IMG/VR virus record: IMGVR_UViG_3300046163_000011
Span: 1-57,797 of that record
DNA length: 57,797 nucleotides
From: a virus
Lineage: Duplodnaviria > Caudoviricetes
Direction: 5' to 3' (one strand)
The notes under the pieces were generated by a model, which worked only from the letters and a program-made list of their open reading frames with translations, searched no databases and was not told the origin of the DNA. Below are positions 19,102 through 29,202 of this stretch, in pieces; the stretch's first letter is position 1, and each line of letters opens with the position of its first letter. The position numbers and the translations under genes are program-made.

Positions 19102-19464
19102 ATGGCGGCACCAAACATAGTAAATGTAGCAACAATCACTGCAAAAACAGTAGGCGCGGCTTTGACCACAACGCTAACTACCGACATCCTTGCTAATGCG
19201 GCATCGTCTGGGAAGGTGTTTAAGATCAACACAATTCTTGTGTCAAATGTTGATGGCACTAATAGCGCAGATGTAACTGTTGATTACTACAACGGTTCTA
19301 CTGGCTTTAAGATTGCAAACACCATTGCTGTTCCAGCAGATACCATGCTCGTTTTGACGGATAAAAGCACCTCAATTTATCTTGAAGAAGGGACAAAAAT
19401 TAGAGGAGGCGCATCTGCGGCTAGCGATCTTGAGATTCTTATTAGCTATGAGGAGATTAGCTAA
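19102..19464 (+). CDS. Small beta-sandwich fibre partner protein (start MAAPNIV)
   Basis: SD GGAGG; ends ISYEEIS like 17216 (VSVLEIT). Confidence 0.55.
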   Translation: MAAPNIVNVATITAKTVGAALTTTLTTDILANAASSGKVFKINTILVSNVDGTNSADVTVDYYNGSTGFKIANTIAVPADTMLVLTDKSTSIYLEEGTKIRGGASAASDLEILISYEEIS

Positions 19465-19937
19465 TGCCTCGTTTAGTTAGCGGTGCAACTGCTTGTTCAG
19501 GATTATCTAAAGTTACACCGTCTTGTCAGGCGCGAGGAAGGGCTTCGTCCACATCTTTAACAGCGGCGGCATCTGAATTTGATTATTTTACTGGCTGGAC
19601 TACAACAGACTTTAATCACGGCGCTCTTCTTAATTCTGGAGGTTATTGTGAAATTCCAAGTGGGTTCGGTGGCAAATATTTTATGACCTTTCAAACCAAC
19701 AGCACCACCACCACCAACTACAACACTGCTTGGATTTATCATTACGATGGAAGCACCTATACGCAAATTCAAAGAGATTATGCCTATAACGATTATTCCA
19801 ATTACACAGTAGGTGGCCCGTACATTTTTCATTTTGATGCGGGGGATCGATTATATTTTGGCTTTGATGATCGGTATGGGATTCCATCAGGATCAGACCA
19901 TTATAGCCGCATGAGTATGCGCTTTCTTGAGAATTAA
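19464..19937 (+). CDS. Putative receptor-binding tip domain (C1q/TNF-like)
   Basis: Aromatic-rich; G.Y..P..G.Y and F.AGD.L pattern. Confidence 0.45.
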   Translation: MPRLVSGATACSGLSKVTPSCQARGRASSTSLTAAASEFDYFTGWTTTDFNHGALLNSGGYCEIPSGFGGKYFMTFQTNSTTTTNYNTAWIYHYDGSTYTQIQRDYAYNDYSNYTVGGPYIFHFDAGDRLYFGFDDRYGIPSGSDHYSRMSMRFLEN

Positions 19938-19946
19938 GGAAATAAG

Positions 19947-20501
19947 ATGCCTATAAGTCAAATAGTAGCAAGCAGTATAGCCTCTGGAGCTATTCCTGAC
20001 AGCACCGCTAGCGGAACAGTGGTTCCTTGGGGCGGCACCTCTGCGCCTACGGGCTGGCTAGATTGTGACGGATCTGCTGTTTCTCGTTCTACATACGCTG
20101 ATTTATTTACTGCTATTGGGACTACCTATGGTGTAGGAGACGGATCCAGCACGTTTAATATCCCTGATATTCGTGGAAGAACTGTTTGTGGTAAAGACAA
20201 CATGGGAGGCACAGCCGCTAACAGGCTAACATCAGGAGTTACTGTTGATGGTGCAACATTAGGAGCTAATGGCGGGTCAGAGACACACACACTTTCTGTA
20301 TCCGAAATGCCTGCTCATGGACACAACATAAGAGGTGGTAGCGGAAGCATCCCTGATTGGTTTGGGGGGTCAGGCGCGGCTTACGGCATGTTGCAATCAG
20401 GCGGTAGTTCGTATGGGAATTACATACAAAATCAAGGTGGCGGCGCGGCACACGACAATGTACAGCCAAGTATTATCTTAAACTATATTATTAAAACGTA
20501 G
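19947..20501 (+). CDS. Tail collar domain protein
   Basis: PTGWLDCDGSAVSRSTYADLFTAIGTTYGVGDGSSTFNIPDIRGR...HTLSVSEMPAHGH...NYIIK. Confidence 0.85.
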   Translation: MPISQIVASSIASGAIPDSTASGTVVPWGGTSAPTGWLDCDGSAVSRSTYADLFTAIGTTYGVGDGSSTFNIPDIRGRTVCGKDNMGGTAANRLTSGVTVDGATLGANGGSETHTLSVSEMPAHGHNIRGGSGSIPDWFGGSGAAYGMLQSGGSSYGNYIQNQGGGAAHDNVQPSIILNYIIKT

Positions 20502-20513
20502 GCATAAAATATA

Positions 20514-21242
20514 ATGGCATATATAGGCATTGACCCAAATATAGGTGACATTACCTTCCAGAACTTTACAGGCAATGGAAGCGCCACAGCCTTTACACTA
20601 GCGCAGTCTGTTGTGAGCGGTGAAGCTCTTATCGTGACTATTGGTAACGTAGTGCAAGAGCCGGGTTCATCTGCCGCGTATACAGCCCACGGCAATACCC
20701 TGACATTCTCTGCCGCGCCAGCTAACGGGGATGTAATTACCGTGCGCTTCTTTGGTCGCGCCGTTGATCAGCCAACCAGCTATGCGATGGGTTTGTTTAA
20801 GTACACTGCCACGGCTAGTCAAACTGCGTTTACAGGGGCAGATGCTAACGGTGCGGTACTAGCCTTCTCTGGTAACGATGTGGATGTATATTTAAACGGT
20901 GTACACCTCGACAGCACTGATTTTACCCCCAGTAACGGAAATACCATTACACTGGCATCTGCGGCGGCACTCAATGACGAGCTTGTTATCCGCGCCTATC
21001 GTGCGTTTACAGTTACTGATACAGTGAGTAAGGCTTCTGGAGGTACATTTGCGGGGGAGATAACCGCTCCGTCATTTCAGACCACTAATAGCACGGTTGA
21101 TACAGCGGCGTTCCGCACGAATGATCAGACTGTAAACCAGAACACTACCATTGGCTCAACCAAGAATGCCTTGGCAATTGGGCCGTTAACTATTGATACA
21201 TCAACTACTATTACGGTTGATGGCAACTTAACAATACTGTGA
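20514..21242 (+). CDS. Tail fibre module
   Basis: Two DVYLNG-type beta repeats; C-terminal GPLTI...VDGNLTIL. Confidence 0.6.
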   Translation: MAYIGIDPNIGDITFQNFTGNGSATAFTLAQSVVSGEALIVTIGNVVQEPGSSAAYTAHGNTLTFSAAPANGDVITVRFFGRAVDQPTSYAMGLFKYTATASQTAFTGADANGAVLAFSGNDVDVYLNGVHLDSTDFTPSNGNTITLASAAALNDELVIRAYRAFTVTDTVSKASGGTFAGEITAPSFQTTNSTVDTAAFRTNDQTVNQNTTIGSTKNALAIGPLTIDTSTTITVDGNLTIL

Positions 21243-21249
21243 GGCACAG

Positions 21250-21771
21250 ATGGCTTCGATACTAAATGTAGACCAAGTAAAAAACGCAAATGGCACAACT
21301 TCGCCGCCTGTAAGCATTCCGGGTCATATTATTCAGATGCAGTCAAGTGTAAGCACGGCGGCTTCAAGTATTTCGTCACAAACTTACGCTGATATTCCTT
21401 CAATGACTGCAACAATCACACCGACATCTACAAGTAGTAAAATACTAATCCAAGTTAGCTTTGGTTTATTATGCTCCAATAGTACAGGAACTGGTTGTAT
21501 GATGAAACTTCTTAGAGGTAGCACAGAGATTGGACAAGGTGTTGGTGCAGATACACATAATGTGTTTATGCAAAACTATGATGGTGCAAACAGTGTATTC
21601 CACCAAGCTAGTCATATGTTTGTAGATAGCCCAAGCTCAACCAGCGCAATCACTTATAAAATGCAGTGGGCATTAACTGGGAGTGGTGAAACTTGGTACA
21701 TGAACAGGCGAGGCTCAGATAACTATGCCAGAACTTCATCAACATTCTTGCTTACAGAAATAGCGGGATAG
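21250..21771 (+). CDS. Tail fibre tip module
   Basis: PGHIIQ..ITPTSTSSKILI..DSPSSTSAITYK; paralogous to 21780 and 23247. Confidence 0.6.
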   Translation: MASILNVDQVKNANGTTSPPVSIPGHIIQMQSSVSTAASSISSQTYADIPSMTATITPTSTSSKILIQVSFGLLCSNSTGTGCMMKLLRGSTEIGQGVGADTHNVFMQNYDGANSVFHQASHMFVDSPSSTSAITYKMQWALTGSGETWYMNRRGSDNYARTSSTFLLTEIAG

Positions 21772-21779
21772 AGGTTGAG

Positions 21780-22286
21780 ATGAGTACATTATTTGTAGAT
21801 ACAATAAATGAGAAGACCACAAACAACGGAGTGTATATTCCGGGTCATGTCTTGCAGGTAAAAGAAACAAAATCAACCGCCAGAACTACCACAAGCTCAA
21901 CAAGCTATGTTGATTTTCTTACGGTATCAATTACACCCTCATCTACTAGCAGTAAAATATTAATAGATGCTCGTTTGTATGTTGGAACGAATTGGTGGAA
22001 CAACCGTTCAAAATTTGCTATTGCAAGAGATTCTACAATAATAACAGGAAACAGTGGTAATCTTTGGCCGTGGCAATATGGAGCAGATAGTAGTAATTCA
22101 CTTTATGAGTTTATGTTGAACACTGTTATTCTTTTAGATAGCCCCGCAACAACAAGCGCAATAACATACAAAGCTCAGTTAGCGAATCAAAATAGCGGAA
22201 CTACTCTTGCCATGAATGGTAATTACCAAACTTCAGGTACTAGTTATGGGCAAAGCACTATTATTGTGATGGAGATTGGCGGATGA
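21780..22286 (+). CDS. Tail fibre tip module
   Basis: PGHVLQ..ITPSSTSSKILI..DSPATTSAITYK. Confidence 0.6.
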   Translation: MSTLFVDTINEKTTNNGVYIPGHVLQVKETKSTARTTTSSTSYVDFLTVSITPSSTSSKILIDARLYVGTNWWNNRSKFAIARDSTIITGNSGNLWPWQYGADSSNSLYEFMLNTVILLDSPATTSAITYKAQLANQNSGTTLAMNGNYQTSGTSYGQSTIIVMEIGG

Positions 22287-22846
22287 CCAGCATATTAAAA
22301 GTCTCCCAGATTCAAGACCCGACAAACTCGAACACCGCGCTGTCGATTGACAGCAGTGGTAATGTTACTTCCGGTCAAAAACTATTGTATGGCTCTAACC
22401 AGCCTATGTTTTCTGTTAGAGGTCAAAACGGAAACGCGGCTATTTCTGGGCTTTCTTTAAGTAATATTTCTGATGAAGGCAACACAACATACATTAATAG
22501 CTTTAGCCAGATAGATGTTAATAGAGGAAGCCTATACAGTAACGGAAGATTAGTTGCGCCTGTTAATGGAATATATGAAATCTCTGCTCGGAGTGGGCAT
22601 GGCAGTGGCTCAACTAATTATCGTGCTTTAGTTGTTATTAAGCTAGATTCTAATGGGACTACTGGTGAAGAAATTTATAGGGTTTGGACATCTAATGATT
22701 ATGCCTATTATACATTGTCCTATTCTGGGTTTTTAGAATTAACTGCTGGCGAACAAGTAGCGGTAGGTTGGAATAGTGTTTATATGCCGCATACCACCAG
22801 TGACCATGAAGGCGCAACTGTGTTTTCAGCAAAATTAATAGGTTAA
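22283..22846 (+). CDS. Tail fibre tip module (C1q-like)
   Basis: MTSILKV N-terminus; APVNGIYEI..LELTAGEQV..FSAKLIG. Confidence 0.55.
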   Translation: MTSILKVSQIQDPTNSNTALSIDSSGNVTSGQKLLYGSNQPMFSVRGQNGNAAISGLSLSNISDEGNTTYINSFSQIDVNRGSLYSNGRLVAPVNGIYEISARSGHGSGSTNYRALVVIKLDSNGTTGEEIYRVWTSNDYAYYTLSYSGFLELTAGEQVAVGWNSVYMPHTTSDHEGATVFSAKLIG

Positions 22847-22850
22847 AAAC

Positions 22851-23243
22851 ATGGCATCAGTATCAGAAGCAATCAAAGAATTAAATCCAGACATTCAGTG
22901 GGTTCTACGCGGAGAGCCAACCGATGCTTATGAGTTCAACACTATGTTCTCTGTGATTATGGGCGAAGATGACAGCGGCACAGCTATCGAGTCTTATGAA
23001 GATGACGACTGGCAGGGCATTACATGGAATGCAATTGAAAAAAAGTTATCCGAGCTTAACCTAGAAGAGCCTTTAAAACTACTTCGTGAAGAGCGTAATA
23101 GACGTATCGCTGAAACAGATTGGTGGGCATCATCTGATCTTACCATGTCTTCGGATCGCGCATCTTATCGTCAGGCACTGCGTGACATCACCGACACCTA
23201 TCAATCGCTAGACACTGTTGTTTGGCCTGTGAAGCCGGAGTAA
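22851..23243 (+). CDS. Tail fibre assembly chaperone-like protein
   Basis: LREERNRRIAETDWW..YRQALRDIT..WPVKP. Confidence 0.7.
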   Translation: MASVSEAIKELNPDIQWVLRGEPTDAYEFNTMFSVIMGEDDSGTAIESYEDDDWQGITWNAIEKKLSELNLEEPLKLLREERNRRIAETDWWASSDLTMSSDRASYRQALRDITDTYQSLDTVVWPVKPE

Positions 23244-23246
23244 GGT

Positions 23247-23753
23247 ATGAGTAACGCCCGTAATCTTTCTAATCTGTTAGGGACAAGCGCTACCGTTCCG
23301 TCTGGTAATTTGCCTTCTGGTTCTGTTATTCAAGTTGCAACAGACACAAGTGGATCAAACACTGCTATTACAGGAAACACTTATACCGCCTCTTCTGTAT
23401 CAATTACTTTTACGCCAAAGAAATCAAACAGTACAATATTATTGATCTGGTCTGGTAATGTTTCGCAACAAACGAGTGGAGCAAACGGTTATGGTTTAGC
23501 TTTTTTTGAAGGAAATACACAGCTTAATACTCAACCGATGGATGGCTCAGGCCCTTTTACTGAATACAAAGATGAAACTCGTATTTTCTCCTATATAACA
23601 ATGAGCCATTCGATAAGTGCTAGTAGTACGTCAGCTAGAACATATACAATTAGAGGCCGAAAATATAATAGTTCTGTTTCAGATTTAAATATTGGCGTTG
23701 GAAGTGCAGTAGTCGGCACACAATCATTTACTGTTATGGAAATTTCAGGATAA
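23247..23753 (+). CDS. Tail fibre tip module
   Basis: PSGSVIQV..ITFTPKKSNSTILL..VMEISG. Confidence 0.6.
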   Translation: MSNARNLSNLLGTSATVPSGNLPSGSVIQVATDTSGSNTAITGNTYTASSVSITFTPKKSNSTILLIWSGNVSQQTSGANGYGLAFFEGNTQLNTQPMDGSGPFTEYKDETRIFSYITMSHSISASSTSARTYTIRGRKYNSSVSDLNIGVGSAVVGTQSFTVMEISG

Positions 23754-24472
23754 TGTTTGGTGAGTTTTGTATAACAGAAAGAGCTATAGCAAGTCATGGT
23801 ATTTTGACCTTTGGCTCTGGATCTGTTGATGCAAACTTTACCTCATCTCAAATTAGCTCTCCTGTATTCTCAGGCGTGTCTAGCATGGATGCTATATCCA
23901 GTATAAGCCGTGTTGGCTCTGGAGTCCTTACTGGTATCTCAGAATCATCTTTTGATTTTACACAAGAGTCAGCACCAACTAGATTTGCTACTGCTATATC
24001 TGGTCAAGTTATAAGTTTTGATCAGGCTTCTAAAGCGATAAAAACCGCTGTGGCTCAGTCTGAACAGTCTGCAAACTTTACACAAAAATCAGATGCCTTA
24101 AAAATAACCAGCGGAACTTCAGATCAGTCTGCTAACTTTACTCAGTCGGCGGCGGCTAATTTTACTGCTTCAGGTTTATCTGAGCAATCCTCTGAATTTG
24201 AAAGCTCGACTGCTGGAGGTATAGTAACCAGCGCCTCATCTGAAAATAGCTTTACATTCGACCTTATAGAAACTGCTGGCATTTTAATTTACAGAAACGA
24301 CTTCAATGTAGATTTTTCTTTCACTCAAGAAGCAGATGGGGATTTGTTGTGGGCGAAGATAAACGCGGGTACTCCAGCCGAAACATGGGTACAGATAAGT
24401 ATTTCTGGCGGTGCGTGGACACCTATAAACGCGAGTGGTACAATAGAAACATGGACTGAAAAGGTGGTTTAA
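23753..24472 (+). CDS. Ser-rich tail protein with xSANFTQ repeats
   Basis: Repeated (Q/D)SANFTQ and SFDFTQ units. Confidence 0.55.
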   Translation: MFGEFCITERAIASHGILTFGSGSVDANFTSSQISSPVFSGVSSMDAISSISRVGSGVLTGISESSFDFTQESAPTRFATAISGQVISFDQASKAIKTAVAQSEQSANFTQKSDALKITSGTSDQSANFTQSAAANFTASGLSEQSSEFESSTAGGIVTSASSENSFTFDLIETAGILIYRNDFNVDFSFTQEADGDLLWAKINAGTPAETWVQISISGGAWTPINASGTIETWTEKVV

Positions 24473-25403
24473 ATGCCAAGTACATATACACAAAATACGG
24501 GGATAGAAAAGCCGGGTACTGGGGATCAGTCAGGTACATGGGGCATAACTACCAACACTAACTTTGACATTATTGACGAAGCTCTTCATGGGCAGGCTCA
24601 GATTTCTATAGTTGGTAGCCAAGATCTGACAACAAATGACGGGTCTGTTTCTGACGGCATCAAGACTGTTATTGTTTTAACAGGATCTCCGGGGGCGACA
24701 TTTGAGCTTAGGGTAACACCTACAGATCAAGAAAAGCATTACAGCATCAAAAACGAAACAGACTCCGCTTGTAGGGTAATATATAAGGGCGTTACTTACT
24801 CTACATCAAATGGTGTAGAAATTGCTTCTGGTGCCACTCAAGCGGTTACTGGTGATGGTGGCGGATCATCTGGCGTTTTCAAGTCCTTGACGCCCAACAC
24901 TGATCTTGTGAACGATTTGACTCCTCAGCTTGGGGGAGATTTAGATGTTAATGGGCAGTCTATTGTCTCTGTTTCAAATGGGAATATAGGACATAGTTCC
25001 ACATGGAACAGGGGCCGTTAATGTAACTGGTACAACAAATATTGTTGGCGACCTAGATGTAGACAACGTAAACATTAACGGAAACGCCATAAGTGTTACA
25101 AATACAAATGCCAACTTGTCTTTAGACGGCAACGGAACTGGTAAGGTTCTTATAAGTAATCTTTCTTACCCAGCTACAGATGGCACAGCAAGTCAAGTTT
25201 TGACCACAAACGGGTCTGGTACGCTTTCTTTCGCCAGTGCCTCATCTAGTTTAGGATCTAGCCTTACATTAGGCAACTGGACTATAGAAGTTGATGGCAG
25301 TAACAATCTTCTATTTAAGTACAATGGTGATACAAAGGCACAAATGACTGCCGCTGGTACGCTCAATGTCGAAGACGACATAGTAGCATATAGTGGTGTT
25401 TAA
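24473..25403 (+). CDS. Tail protein (apparent extra G near 24990 splits it into ORFs 24473 and 25116)
   Basis: Removing one G gives NGNIDIVPHGTGAVNV...NLSLDGNGTGKV; contains TPQLGGDLDVNG. Confidence 0.65.
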
Positions 25404-25405
25404 TC

Positions 25406-26146
25406 ATGCCAGCTTTACCCTCATCAGGGTCACTTTCCCTTTCTCAGGTGCAGGCCTCGTTTGGTGGATCAAGCCCAATTGGTATGTCAGAATATTATAG
25501 AGGCGGATCTTATGTTGCTAACAACGCAATAAACTCAAGCGTTCCAGCAAGCGGCGCTATAAGTATGTCTAATTTTTATGGCGGCTCTGGCACAACCACT
25601 AGAAGCCTGCAAGTTAATATGGACTACGGTTACGGAAACTCAGCCGTTGGCCTTACGTCAAGTTATTTCGGCAATGGCAATGCGGCGTCGGCTCCTTTTG
25701 GTTTTAGCGTTGGCACTAATACCCTTTGTTACCAGCCTGTTTTCCACGCGGGAACAGGATTTATTACTAGCGCTTCAATTACAGTTCAGCAAAACGAAGA
25801 TGTAAACCCTAACACGGGACACGTTATCCTTTATGGAGGCACAAGTCTCTCTACTGTAACTAATATAGTTGGTCAATGGAACGCGGGATCAAGCGGAAGT
25901 CAAGGCGGCAGTAGAAGTTACAGCATTACTTGGGACAGTGCTGGCCTTATAAGCGCTATAACGTATACAGGTGGTTATTACAATACTGGGATTATTTCAT
26001 TTGCAACCAACAATGTTTCAAGCGCGAGATCAAATGGTTACAAATGGTATGGATTTCGGTTAAAGAATCCATCTGGCTGGTCAAAAGGCTCAGATATCAT
26101 GCTGGGGACATTTTATAACTCTAACAGCTACACTCAACCTTCGTAG
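25406..26146 (+). CDS. Tail fibre/adhesin-like protein
   Basis: LPSSGSLSLSQVQASFGG..MSEYYRG..SGAISMSNFYG resembles gp38-like adhesin N-termini. Confidence 0.5.
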   Translation: MPALPSSGSLSLSQVQASFGGSSPIGMSEYYRGGSYVANNAINSSVPASGAISMSNFYGGSGTTTRSLQVNMDYGYGNSAVGLTSSYFGNGNAASAPFGFSVGTNTLCYQPVFHAGTGFITSASITVQQNEDVNPNTGHVILYGGTSLSTVTNIVGQWNAGSSGSQGGSRSYSITWDSAGLISAITYTGGYYNTGIISFATNNVSSARSNGYKWYGFRLKNPSGWSKGSDIMLGTFYNSNSYTQPS

Positions 26147-26154
26147 GTAAAAAT

Positions 26155-28044
26155 ATGCCTTTACAAAAATTACAATTTAGACCGGGCATAAACAAAGACA
26201 TTACATCCTATTCAAATGAAGGCGGATGGGTAGATGGCGATAAGGTGCGCTTTCGTCTTGGGTATCCTGAGAAGATTGGTGGGTGGCTAAAGTATTCTGC
26301 AAATCAGTTTCAAGGCGTTTGCCGCGCTCTGCACAACTGGATAACATTAGACGGATCAAACTTCTTAGGCCTTGGTACTCATTTAAAGTATTATATTGAG
26401 GAAGGCGGGGCCTTCAACGATATTACCCCACTAAGAAACACAACCGCCGCTGGAGATGTTACCTTCTCTGCCACTAATGGATCGTCAACAATAACGGTAA
26501 CGGACGCCAATCACGGCGCTATCCAAAATGACTTTGTGACATTTAGCGGCTCTGCCTCTCTTGGTGGCAATGTTACTGCGGCTATTCTAAACGCAGAGCA
26601 TCAAGTTACTAATGTTACTAGCTCAAGCCAATATGAAATAGTTGTTTCTGTAACTGCCAATGCATCTGATACTGCTAATGGCGGCTCCTCTGTTGTGGGA
26701 GCTTATCAAATTAACGTTGGTCTAAACTCTCAGGTTGGTGGAACTGGCTGGGGAGCGGGTACATGGGGGCGAGGCACATGGGGTTCAAGCTCTTCTTTGA
26801 CCACTACAACAAACATACGAATCTGGTCACACGACAACTTTGGCGAAGATCTTATTATTAATCCAAGAGACTCTAATGTTTATTACTGGGACAAGGGTAC
26901 TGGCCTTTCTTCTAGGGCAGTAGAGATTTCTACTTTAAGTGGGGCCAAGTCTGCGCCACAAGTTGCTAAACAAGTTCTAGTGTCTGATCAGGACAGGCAC
27001 GTTATTGCGTTTGGGTGTGACGCCATAGGAGCCAGCGCATCTGCCGCCCAAGGCAACGGTGTGCAAGATCCATTGCTTATTAGGTTTTCCTCTCAGGAAA
27101 ATGCCGTTGATTGGTTTCCTACAGACGCAAATACTGCTGGAGATTTGATTCTTGGATCAGGATCTCAGTTTGTTCAGGCAGTAGAAACAAAGCGTGAGAT
27201 TCTTGTGTGGACAGATACATCTCTTCACTCAATGAGGTTTATCGGCCCGCCATTTACATTTGGTCTACAGCAACTGGCATCAAACATCACTATTATGGGG
27301 CCAAACTCTGCCGTAGCAACAGAGGACGTTGTTTACTGGATGGGCATAGATAACTTCTACACTTATTCAGGTCAAACAACACAGCTAGAATGCACCGTTA
27401 AAAATCATGTGTTCAACGATTTTAACTTAGCTCAGACTGACAAGGTTTACGGCGGCATTAACTCTGAGTTTTCTGAGGTTATATGGCTTTATCCGTCTGA
27501 CTCAAACTCCCTTTCTAACGGCGGAACAGGGGAAATAGATAAATACGTTATATACAATTACAAAGACAAGACTTGGTACTATGGCACAATTGATCGTTCA
27601 GCTTGGATTGACAGAGGAACTAGGACATATCCTATAGCCGCAGAAAGCGGGTACTTGTATAACCATGAGTTTGAGTATGACGATGATGGCTCTGCAATGA
27701 ACTCGTTTATAGAATCCGCACCTATGGATATTGGTGACGGTGACAGGTTCAGCCTAGCCACAACTGTAATACCAGATTTAACATTCTCAGGATCAACACA
27801 ACTTGCAAGCCCGCAGGCAACGTTTACATTGAAGGCAAGAACAGAGCCGGGCGCGGCTTACAACAGTACATCATCAGGCAACACCATAAGAACAGCCTCC
27901 TCTCCAGTAGAAACATTTACTGAACTTTTAAATCTTAGGGTTAGAGGCCGATCTTTTGCTGTAAGAATTGACTCATCAGCCCTAGGAACAAAATGGAAAC
28001 TAGGATCTCCTAGAGTTGAAGTAAGGCCTGACGGTAGACGATAA
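26155..28044 (+). CDS. Tail nozzle/stabilisation protein (P22 gp10 / T7 gp12-like role)
   Basis: 629 aa with beta-propeller-like composition, placed before lysis and ejection genes. Confidence 0.6.
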   Translation: MPLQKLQFRPGINKDITSYSNEGGWVDGDKVRFRLGYPEKIGGWLKYSANQFQGVCRALHNWITLDGSNFLGLGTHLKYYIEEGGAFNDITPLRNTTAAGDVTFSATNGSSTITVTDANHGAIQNDFVTFSGSASLGGNVTAAILNAEHQVTNVTSSSQYEIVVSVTANASDTANGGSSVVGAYQINVGLNSQVGGTGWGAGTWGRGTWGSSSSLTTTTNIRIWSHDNFGEDLIINPRDSNVYYWDKGTGLSSRAVEISTLSGAKSAPQVAKQVLVSDQDRHVIAFGCDAIGASASAAQGNGVQDPLLIRFSSQENAVDWFPTDANTAGDLILGSGSQFVQAVETKREILVWTDTSLHSMRFIGPPFTFGLQQLASNITIMGPNSAVATEDVVYWMGIDNFYTYSGQTTQLECTVKNHVFNDFNLAQTDKVYGGINSEFSEVIWLYPSDSNSLSNGGTGEIDKYVIYNYKDKTWYYGTIDRSAWIDRGTRTYPIAAESGYLYNHEFEYDDDGSAMNSFIESAPMDIGDGDRFSLATTVIPDLTFSGSTQLASPQATFTLKARTEPGAAYNSTSSGNTIRTASSPVETFTELLNLRVRGRSFAVRIDSSALGTKWKLGSPRVEVRPDGRR

Positions 28045-28274
28045 TGGCATTAAAAAACGTACCACCGCCCAGACTTCCAGAGCCTACATCAGAGTATTCT
28101 GTGTCTTATATGCAGGACTTATTGAGGGCGCTTGAAATATTTATTGAGCAAGAAAGAACTCCGGGAGAGTTACGGGGAACAAAAATCACGTTAACTGATC
28201 TGCCGATATCATCGACAGGTCTTGAGTCGGGAGCATTATTTAACGATTCAGGGACGGTGAAAATTGTACCGTAG
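28044..28274 (+). CDS. Small tail-associated hypothetical protein
   Basis: Coupled to the upstream stop. Confidence 0.55.
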   Translation: MALKNVPPPRLPEPTSEYSVSYMQDLLRALEIFIEQERTPGELRGTKITLTDLPISSTGLESGALFNDSGTVKIVP

Positions 28275-28280
28275 TACAAA
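28264..28280. promoter_or_regulatory. Palindrome TTGTA-N6-TACAA
   Basis: TTGTA CCGTAG TACAAA spanning the stop at 28274 and the start at 28280. Confidence 0.65.
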
Positions 28281-28498
28281 TGGATTATTTAAAGAGATTA
28301 ATCGAATATAACGTTATAGCTCGTCTGACAATGATTTGCAGTATAGCCATGTCTTGGCGATGTGCAGAGTGGTTTATGAGCCTCCCTCCAGAAGCTCAAA
28401 CAACAGGGGCTACTACATTTGTGTCTGTTATAATGGGTGTTATGACAGGCATATTTGGCATATGGATGGGGCAAGAATCTAGGGGAAGAAGTAAGTAA
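28280..28498 (+). CDS. Small 2-TM membrane protein
   Basis: Two hydrophobic segments. Confidence 0.6.
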   Translation: MDYLKRLIEYNVIARLTMICSIAMSWRCAEWFMSLPPEAQTTGATTFVSVIMGVMTGIFGIWMGQESRGRSK

Positions 28499-28702
28499 AT
28501 GTTTAAGGTGGTGGTATTAGCTTGCTCTATCATGTCTCCAGATAAGTGTTGGGAGTATCATGACATGACAGGGCCACACGAAACATACGAGAAATGTTCG
28601 GCTAGAGCTTACGAAATGGGCAATGATATAGGAATGATTAACAGAGGCAATATAATGCCAAAAAGTTTTAAGTGTGTGCCGTTAAAGGGAACTAGTTTAT
28701 GA
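28499..28702 (+). CDS. Small Cys-containing protein with hydrophobic N-terminus
   Basis: MFKVVVLAC..C..HETYEKC..FKCVPL. Confidence 0.55.
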   Translation: MFKVVVLACSIMSPDKCWEYHDMTGPHETYEKCSARAYEMGNDIGMINRGNIMPKSFKCVPLKGTSL

Positions 28703-28794
28703 TTGAATGGATAAAAAAGATATTTTCACATAGTTTTGGTGATGTGTCAGAACACAGAAAGCACACAACTAAGTACGAAGATCTATGTATGTAG
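28699..28794 (+). CDS. 31-aa peptide MIEWIKKIFSHSFGDVSEHRKHTTKYEDLCM; absent from the ORF track
   Basis: ATGA-coupled to the upstream gene and fills the intergenic gap. Confidence 0.4.
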   Translation: MIEWIKKIFSHSFGDVSEHRKHTTKYEDLCM

Positions 28795-28803
28795 GGCGTA
28801 GAA

Positions 28804-29202
28804 ATGCCAAAGCTAAGTGAAAACACCGAGGTATCTCTACCTCTCAGAAACATTCTTAGTATGGTCGCGGCGGCTAGTCTGGCAACGTGGGCTTACTTTG
28901 GCTTGATTGAGAGGCTGAACACGCTAGAAACAAATCAGACTATGATGAAGTCTGACTTGGAGCAAAACACAGAGTTTCGCATTAAGTGGCCTAGAGGTGA
29001 GATGGGTAGCTTACCAGCCGACAGTGAACAGTTTATGTTGATAGAGCATTTAGCGACTGAGCTAGAAAAGTTACAAAACGAGATAGAAGGCGGCAAAGCA
29101 CCTTACGATCAGCAACAGAAACTAACTTTAGAGTTTTACGAAAAGCGTATAACGAACTTAGAAGAAAACTTAGAGAAGATTAGAAACGGCAATCATGATT
29201 GA
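28804..29202 (+). CDS. TM plus coiled-coil protein
   Basis: N-terminal TM helix followed by a coiled coil. Confidence 0.6.
   Translation: MPKLSENTEVSLPLRNILSMVAAASLATWAYFGLIERLNTLETNQTMMKSDLEQNTEFRIKWPRGEMGSLPADSEQFMLIEHLATELEKLQNEIEGGKAPYDQQQKLTLEFYEKRITNLEENLEKIRNGNHD

Noticed and set aside
21250-23753. Diversity-generating retroelement or invertase shufflon acting on the fibre tips
   Set aside because: No reverse transcriptase or recombinase was recognised and no near-identical TR/VR pair was noticed; the paralogues are highly diverged.
24985-24995. Possible tail-gene frameshift
   Set aside because: One extra G with no slippery heptamer; removing it yields a continuous plausible protein.
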